Assembly: GCA_963754925.1 (NCBI GenBank)
Contig: CAVWHX010000001.1
Location: 96,001-160,000, forward strand
Source of the DNA: an uncultured delta proteobacterium
GTDB lineage: Bacteria; Myxococcota; B64-G9
Direction: 5' to 3'
Length of the DNA: 64,000 nucleotides
A model generated the notes under the pieces. It was given only the letters and a program-made list of their open reading frames with translations. It had not been told where the DNA came from and did not search any database. The position numbers and the translations under genes were made by a program. Below, piece after piece: positions 57,677-64,000 of this stretch; positions within the stretch are counted from its first letter, which is position 1, and the number at the start of each line of letters is the position of its first letter.

Positions 57677-58443
57677 CCTTTCCTTTCAACATCGAAAAGC
57701 TTCCGGGACTGGATACCATAGCGGCTCATCTGGAGGGGCTGGAGGAAACCATCATCTCCAAGCTCATAGACCGGGCGCAGTTCGCGCAAAACCTGGTCGT
57801 CTACGAGCAAGGCAAGAGCGGCTTTACGGGCGCTGGTGCTCGTAGCCTGTTTGATCTCAGGCTGCTCCGCCACGAGCAGATGGACGCCGAGTTCGGTAGG
57901 TTTTGCGCCCCCGAGGAGCGCCCGTATTTCAGGGATTTGCCCCCCTCCAAACGCATAACGCCGCCCGTGCCCGGATTCCTGGCCGTAGAGGATTTCGACC
58001 GCATCAATATGTCAGAGCGCATCGTCGCCGCCTACCAGTCCCTGATCCCGGAGATATGTGCTCCGGGTGACGACGGACACTACGGCTCTTCCACCGAGCA
58101 CGACGTGTTCGCGGTGCAGGCTATCGGGCGCCGCGTGCATTTCGGAGCGCTTTACGTGGCCGAGAGTAAGTACGTATCCGATCGAGCTGCGTACGACGTT
58201 CTCATCGACGCCCGCGACAGCGCTGGGCTCGAGCGCCTGCTCACCCGTCCGGAGGTTGAAGAGCGTATTCTGCTGAGAGTCGCCCAGAAAGTCGAGCACG
58301 TGCAGTCGCAGATAAACCCTGCCGTTCGCAGGCGCATCCCGCCCGAGGCCGTGCTCGGCTTCTACCGCGCGCACGTCATTCCGCTCACCAAGCAGGGCGA
58401 GACAGCCTATCTGTTGCACCGACGGCGAACGGGCGGGCGATAG
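57673..58443 (+). CDS. chorismate mutase, eukaryote-type (Aro7/AroQ-beta-like)
   Basis: 'LEETII..LIDRAQF..N..VY', 'GRF..PEE.P', 'D..A.QAI.RR.HFG..VAESK', 'VIPLTK..E..YLL.R'. Confidence 0.82.
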   Translation: MTFPFNIEKLPGLDTIAAHLEGLEETIISKLIDRAQFAQNLVVYEQGKSGFTGAGARSLFDLRLLRHEQMDAEFGRFCAPEERPYFRDLPPSKRITPPVPGFLAVEDFDRINMSERIVAAYQSLIPEICAPGDDGHYGSSTEHDVFAVQAIGRRVHFGALYVAESKYVSDRAAYDVLIDARDSAGLERLLTRPEVEERILLRVAQKVEHVQSQINPAVRRRIPPEAVLGFYRAHVIPLTKQGETAYLLHRRRTGGR

Positions 58444-58571
58444 AATTTTTCCCTATCATTGCCAAAAAAGAATTCAGAGTTAGGTTAAGCCCTGAATTGA
58501 GAATACACGACGGGAAATCAAGGGCGTGAAGGAACTAAAAGTGCGTTTGTTTTTCCTATCCTTCGGTGATG

Positions 58572-60258
58572 TCACTTCTCTACTCTAGATACCTCCTCCT
58601 CACGTCAGGATCCGGCGCAGAGCCTTACCCACCGCCGTGCGCGGCAATGTGCTGCGGAATTCAAACTGCTTTGGAATCTTATAAGCCGCGAGCTTCTCTT
58701 TACAATACTTGATAAGTTCTTCTTCTGTTGCTGTTTCGCCGGGTTTTAGGACAAGAAAGGCTTTCAATGTCTCGCCGCGGTACTCATGTGGGATGCCCAC
58801 GCAGATCGCGTCTACTACCTTGGGATGACTAAGCAGCACCCGGTCGACCTCCTGAGGATAGATGTTGTATCCTCCCGCTATGACTAGATCCTTGGTGCGG
58901 TCTACTATAAAGACATATCCATCCTGGTCCATGTAGGCTACGTCGCCGGTATGCAGCCATCCGTCAACCAATTGTTTTGCGGTTTCCTCCGGATTGTTCC
59001 AGTAGCCCTTCATGACGTAAGGTCCCTTAATTCAGTATTTCGCCCGGGGTGCCCCGCGGCACGTTCTCTCCGCTCACGACATCCACGATTCGAATATCAA
59101 AATTGCAGATTGGTATGCCGGTGCTGTGTGGTTTTGTTATGCCATTTACCGGGGTGGATATTCCGACCGAGGTGGTTTCGCTCATACCCCAGCCCTCGCC
59201 GAACCAAACATGCATATCTTGGAGCTTTTCGAAAAGAGCAAGTGGAGCGGGAGCGCCTCCACAGGTGACGAGCTTAATCTTCTTGGACAGGTTCAACTCT
59301 TTGGCTTTTGGATGGTTGAAAATAGCCACGAGCATCGTTGGGACAGCCGCGAAATACGTGATTTCATCAAACTTGGACAAGGTATCAAATACCTCCTCCA
59401 TCTCAAAACGGGGCAAAATAATCTGGGTGGCCCCGCAGAATATGCTCCAGCCCATTTGGCAGACTTCGCCAAATACATGAAAATACGGCAGCACGCAGAA
59501 GCTGGTCCGTTTTTCGGCAGGGTATTCGGCGTGAAAATTGTTGCCCCAATGGAAAACCACGTGAATTGCAGCCACTATATTGGCGTGCGTTAGGACCGCA
59601 CCCTTGGGAACGCCGGTCGTGCCGCCGGTGAACTGAATCACGGCCATATCATCTCTGCCTACCTCCACGCGCGGCCTGACGTCATTGTCGCAGCCGTCGA
59701 GAAGCGTGGAGTAATGATGCCAGCCCTTCTCAAGCCCCAAAGATTCGGCCGTGCTCCGGGGTACACCCTTGATGAAATCGGTTATAGCGCTTACGATCAC
59801 ATGGGGTATCTTGGCCTGCGTGGCCAGATTTTTAATGCCGGAACAAGCCGGTCAAACGTGATCAGGCAAGTCATGCCGGTATTTTCGGTTATGAATTTGA
59901 GCTCATCAACCGTGTACATGGGGTTCATGTTGGTGACGACCGCGCCGATGGTAAGCGCAGCCCAGAAGGAGATAACGAACTGGGGCGAGTTCGGCAGGAG
60001 CAGTCCTACCCGGTCGCCTTTTTTCACTCCTAGTTGGATAAGGGCGTTGGCGAAGCGATTGACCGTGAGGTACAGATCCCAGAAGCTGGTTTCTGTTCCG
60101 TAAAACCAGAGAGCTGCCTTGTCAGGAAAGCGGCAGGCGGTATGGAAAAGGATCTGCGGAGCGTAAAACTGCGGGAAATTTATTTCCGGCGGCACCAGAT
60201 AATCATAATTTTTTACCCACGGCCTTTTTTTTATTAGATCGAATGGTACATCTTTCAT
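58572..60258 (-). pseudogene. long-chain fatty acid-CoA ligase with three single-base frameshifts
   Basis: 'QFTGGTTGVPKG', 'EGWGMSET', 'MKGYWN.PEET', 'TGD', 'DRTKD'; shifts near 59830, 59031 and 58605. Confidence 0.85.
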
Positions 60259-60355
60259 GTTTCAACCCTCCGGTTACGATATTTATTATTCCACGATATT
60301 TTCTCTTACACTCTTTTTCAATTCTTTGATACGACGGCGAAAAGGCGGGCAGTAA

Positions 60356-61660
60356 CTACCGCCGCTCAGCGGTCACGGAAGTGCGCGCGTGCGCGTATTT
60401 CGACAGCAACCAGTCGAAAACGGTCGCCTGCCAGAGCGTGATTGCACCATCCTGACAATGTTCTTTGCCGCCCGATTCGGTGTCGTAAACGACCGTCGTC
60501 ACGCTCCGCGCGTGCGTCAGCGCTGCCTGAAATTGTGTGACCTGTTCGAGGGGGACGAATTGATCTTCGACACCGGCCAGAATCAACACGTCACCGCGAA
60601 TGTTCGCGGCCACGTCCTTGAGCGTGTACGCGTCGAAAGCTCCGGGGACTTCGCTGGGGGAACGGAGGCCCATGGTCCACATGGTGTTATTGATCGACCA
60701 TTCGATGCCTGGCATCGTCCACATTCCAATGCGCACGAGCCCGTCGGCAGCAACGCTGAATCCGTGTTTGTGCAGCCGGGTGATGATTCCCGAGAAGCGC
60801 GACTGGCTCCAGGCCGCGGCTGCCATATCGAACAAAACATCGAGCGCGACTACCCCGTCGATTCGTTCGTCAAACGCGGCGGCGCGCGGCGCAAGATAGC
60901 CGCCCATGCTCAATCCGAAGAGCACGATGCGCACGGGTGGGGGATGTGATTGAAGAAATGCGTCGAGTATCGCACCGGTTGGCCGCTCCCATTCGGGCGT
61001 AAACGTGAGGCCTTGCTCGCGAAGAACCAATCCCTGCCCCGGGCCTTCATAGACCAGCACGGAGTAGCCACGCTCAAGCGCTCCGGCCACGATCACAAAA
61101 TAAAGCTCTTCCATAGTCGAATCAAAACCGCCGCAGGCGACTATCAGCGGCTTAGTCTGTACGCCTTCATTTCCCGGAAAATAGAGAGCGTTCAGATGAT
61201 ACGCTCCGTAAGGTACTCGGATTCGCTCGTAGTGCACAGCCAGGGCATCCAGGCCTTCATAAAACGCGCGAACATTCTTTTCCCACGTTGCTGGACGACG
61301 CTGATCACCCGGTGCGAGCAAAAACTCCGCCGTGCGGTAGTAGTTGTGTGCTCGTAGCAATGCACGGCCGCGGCTTGTGGGATCAAGCGCCGCTCTCGCT
61401 CGTTCGGCGACACGATTGGCGGTTCGCTCCCAAGCCTCGAACCAACTGTTCGAATCGCCTGCGCGAATATGCTTTATCGTCTCGATGATTTCGCCAGTAT
61501 CAGCTCCGGCGTACGGAATTTCACCAAGAGCCCTTAGGGTCAAGTGATGATAGGTCTGATCCGTGAAATACCGCGAGCGACCAGTGTCAGATCGCATCCA
61601 CAAAAGAGCCGTGATGCCGATGACCAGCAATCCGAAAGCAACCCAAAGTCGACGCTTCAA
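60356..61660 (-). CDS. alpha/beta hydrolase (FrsA/dihydroxypseudooxynicotine hydrolase-like)
   Basis: 'LRAHNYYRTAEF', 'GGFDS..EE', 'EGPGQG', 'GLSMGGY.A.RAA', 'EHCQ.G'; TTG start after GGAGGAG. Confidence 0.88.
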   Translation of the reverse strand: MKRRLWVAFGLLVIGITALLWMRSDTGRSRYFTDQTYHHLTLRALGEIPYAGADTGEIIETIKHIRAGDSNSWFEAWERTANRVAERARAALDPTSRGRALLRAHNYYRTAEFLLAPGDQRRPATWEKNVRAFYEGLDALAVHYERIRVPYGAYHLNALYFPGNEGVQTKPLIVACGGFDSTMEELYFVIVAGALERGYSVLVYEGPGQGLVLREQGLTFTPEWERPTGAILDAFLQSHPPPVRIVLFGLSMGGYLAPRAAAFDERIDGVVALDVLFDMAAAAWSQSRFSGIITRLHKHGFSVAADGLVRIGMWTMPGIEWSINNTMWTMGLRSPSEVPGAFDAYTLKDVAANIRGDVLILAGVEDQFVPLEQVTQFQAALTHARSVTTVVYDTESGGKEHCQDGAITLWQATVFDWLLSKYAHARTSVTAERR

Positions 61661-61764
61661 ATTCTTACTCCTCCAGAGATTGCGTATATAAAATAATCTA
61701 AGCTCACAAGTATATCTTGTGCATATCACAGGTGAGATGTCATGACACTAAGTGATTAACTAGT

Positions 61765-61845
61765 GCCGTGCTCGGCTTCTACCGCGCGCACGTCATTCCG
61801 CTCACCAAGCGGGGCGAGACCGCCTATCTGCTGCACCGACGGTGA
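61765..61845 (+). repeat. duplicate of the chorismate mutase 3' end
   Basis: 75 of 78 bp identical to 58348-58425, followed by TGA. Confidence 0.95.
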
Positions 61846-62053
61846 GAGAGCGGAAAAATCCATTGACAGCCTGTGACTAGCGTGATGTCGTAACACGACA
61901 TAACTTTTATAAAAGTTCAGCAGATTCGATAGGGATTCTTCCATACCGGATTCGTTGAGTTCGGCTCTAGGTCATCAATAATGTTGTACAGGGAATGCAA
62001 ATGGCTCATTGTTTTCGGTTCACGGTAGTAATCCTCCTGAAAGCGAGGCCGAG

Positions 62054-63100
62054 GTGAAAACGCGGTTTGGGGTCATTCTATTAGTTTTATCGATCGCCTC
62101 TCAGGCATACGCACAATATAATGAAAGTCCATATTTGATAGTTACGCTCGCCGCTCCGTCACATCCATGGGTAAATTTAGCTGATTGCCAGAATGCGACG
62201 AATGGCATTAGCATTCCGCTAAGTATTAGCTGGGGTATGACAACGACACCGACCACGACAACAGCCGTACAGTTTTATCCTTGGCTAAATACAGATGGGG
62301 CCGATGTCTTCCTTTCAGCTGACAGTACCTGTGATGTTGTAACAATAGAGATCGGGACTGCGGCCACTGGTACTTATGGCGCAAGTGGTTATGCAGCGTC
62401 GGATATCGAAATTCTACCATACACGCAGGAACCCTCCGGCACGTATCCTGATGACACGGTGAACCCAACGACGCTAACACTTCAAGCGGTATTAACCAAC
62501 TCGACTACCCCTAGTTTTACGTCACTTGCCGGCGTCTCAACCACAAACCCATGCCCAGCGTCTATTGAAGCAAACTACTATTTCTGTATCCGGTGGCAAG
62601 ATCCCTCAACTACTTATGTTATTGGCAGCACCACGTACATGGAATATTTTGGTGGAGCGCCGATACGCTTCGACTTCAACCCGCCGGCCGCCCCGGTTTT
62701 AACCGATGTCACCCCCAGCGATGGCAATCTCAAAGTCTTCTGGACCGCGCCTTCCGATGATGATTTGGCCGGCTATGTTATCTACCACAGTGTATCCGGC
62801 ACGGATTCGTGGAGCGCAAATAATCTGACTGACCCCAATGCCACGAACTATCAGATTACCGGACTCGAAAATGACGTTGCTTATGTTATTAAGATATCAG
62901 CCGTAGATACGGCACAAAACGAAGGCGCTAGTTCGGCAATCATGACAGCCGTGCCAGTGAGTTCAGATGATGGGGATGATGGGGATGGTTGTTCTTCAAC
63001 GACGCCAGCGCCGGATCATCCATCTACCTCATTGATTCTCCTCGGTATCCTATTGGGCGGCGCATACATCGGTCTATCTTGCCGGCGAAGTAGAAATTAA
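62054..63100 (+). CDS. secreted fibronectin type III domain protein with a MYXO-CTERM-like tail
   Basis: signal peptide 'AYA'; FN3 'W.AP..DDLAGY.IY...Y.ITGL.N...Y...I.AVD..QNE'; 'DGC' + TM + 'RRSR' tail. Confidence 0.78.
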   Translation: MKTRFGVILLVLSIASQAYAQYNESPYLIVTLAAPSHPWVNLADCQNATNGISIPLSISWGMTTTPTTTTAVQFYPWLNTDGADVFLSADSTCDVVTIEIGTAATGTYGASGYAASDIEILPYTQEPSGTYPDDTVNPTTLTLQAVLTNSTTPSFTSLAGVSTTNPCPASIEANYYFCIRWQDPSTTYVIGSTTYMEYFGGAPIRFDFNPPAAPVLTDVTPSDGNLKVFWTAPSDDDLAGYVIYHSVSGTDSWSANNLTDPNATNYQITGLENDVAYVIKISAVDTAQNEGASSAIMTAVPVSSDDGDDGDGCSSTTPAPDHPSTSLILLGILLGGAYIGLSCRRSRN

Positions 63101-63218
63101 CCATCAAGAGATTTCCATACACTCTTCCCAAAGCCTTGACAACAAGTCAAGGCGAGAGCGGTGCTCTCCAACTTTTATGAACGTCGCAGCACTATGAACT
63201 GAGAGCGGAGAGGAGACC

Positions 63219-63746
63219 ATGAAAGACACAAAGGACCTATTAGAGGGACTGAGACGCTCACCCAGCATATTGTCAGAGTTCATAAACTCCATTCCCGAAG
63301 ACAGAATGAACGTACGACGGGGTAAAGGTTTTTGGACCGTCGCCGAACACATCATTCATCTGGCGGAGATCCAGCCGATGTTGTTGGAGCGCATTCAGCA
63401 ATTTATACATGAGGATCATCCGAACTTTGTTCCATACAACCCCGGGGTCATTCCATACAACCCTGGGGTCAATGACAAGGACCAGCGCAAGGGCATTCCT
63501 GACGCCTCGTCTCGTACGGATGTGACGACGGCTCTTGAGCGCTTCGCGCGCTACCGAAAGAAACAACTGGCGCTGCTCAAAGATTTGGATGGAGCCACTT
63601 GGCGAAAGACGGGAACCCACCCCGAATATGAGCTCTATTCCCTTTACCTTCTGGTACGGCACATGCTGATGCATGATTTCTGGCATATGTACCGGATGGA
63701 GGAGCTTTGGCTGGCCAAAAATGTATCTCTGCCGACGATGGAATAG
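63219..63746 (+). CDS. DinB-family protein
   Basis: 'WTVAEHIIHL', 'HM..HD..H...MEE'; in-frame 21-bp duplication at 63430-63471. Confidence 0.88.
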   Translation: MKDTKDLLEGLRRSPSILSEFINSIPEDRMNVRRGKGFWTVAEHIIHLAEIQPMLLERIQQFIHEDHPNFVPYNPGVIPYNPGVNDKDQRKGIPDASSRTDVTTALERFARYRKKQLALLKDLDGATWRKTGTHPEYELYSLYLLVRHMLMHDFWHMYRMEELWLAKNVSLPTME

Positions 63747-64000
63747 GTGCGCTATAAATCTGATTACGAAAGTTCGCTGCTGCGGGACCGCTGTCGTCGT
63801 GGAGCCGGAAAGACGCTAAGACCGCGGCCGACCTAACGGGCTGCAATTTTTTACTTACTTATTGTTTTAGAACGTTTTTTTGTAAAATAAACACTAGACA
63901 AAAACTACTAATTGTAATTATGATACCTTAAAATAGTTTCTCTCCTTGCACGTGTAGTGACCAGATTATAAGAGTATGAGCGCTAGCGAGATAGCTCAAA

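Noticed and set aside
63430..63471. 21-bp tandem repeat in the DinB gene as a contingency locus
   Set aside because: Only two copies, in frame and already diverged; an ordinary loop duplication.
1..64000. tRNA/rRNA genes, prophage or integrase
   Set aside because: None recognised by eye; tRNAscan-SE and Rfam were not run.

Overview
A 64 kb bacterial chromosomal window, mid-to-high GC. The multiheme cytochromes, System II haem maturation and a MYXO-CTERM-like sorting tail suggest a deltaproteobacterial (Myxococcota/Desulfobacterota-like) anaerobe; this is an inference. Layout: (1) 1-17.2 kb is an accessory/defence hotspot: TetR + ADP-forming acyl-CoA ligase, then single genes separated by four copies of one repeat, higBA, a translationally coupled five-gene operon (YhcG/DUF1016, RadC, nuclease-methyltransferase, S subunit, DGQHR-NDT-like fusion), a solo Cas4-like nuclease, ORF6N and a REP-associated tyrosine transposase with many GTAG REPs. 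(2) 20-30.1 kb is a full putative extracellular electron transfer conduit with 34 haem-binding motifs, plus ccsA/resB. (3) 30.8-42.6 kb is an aromatic amino acid super-operon (aroB-aroDE-trpEGD-trpCF-trpBA-aroF::tyrA) under an unannotated F/W/Y leader-peptide attenuator. (4) 42.7-64 kb holds miscellaneous genes, aroA, a long aroC and a eukaryote-type chorismate mutase. The best candidate for a new system is the R-M operon ending in a DGQHR + nucleoside deoxyribosyltransferase-like fusion. Other notable patterns are in-frame palindromes in the ORF6N and YhcG genes and repeated duplications of gene 3' ends around inserted genes. Eight single-base frameshifts, mostly in homopolymers, probably reflect sequencing error. 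All calls come from motif recognition; no database search was run.
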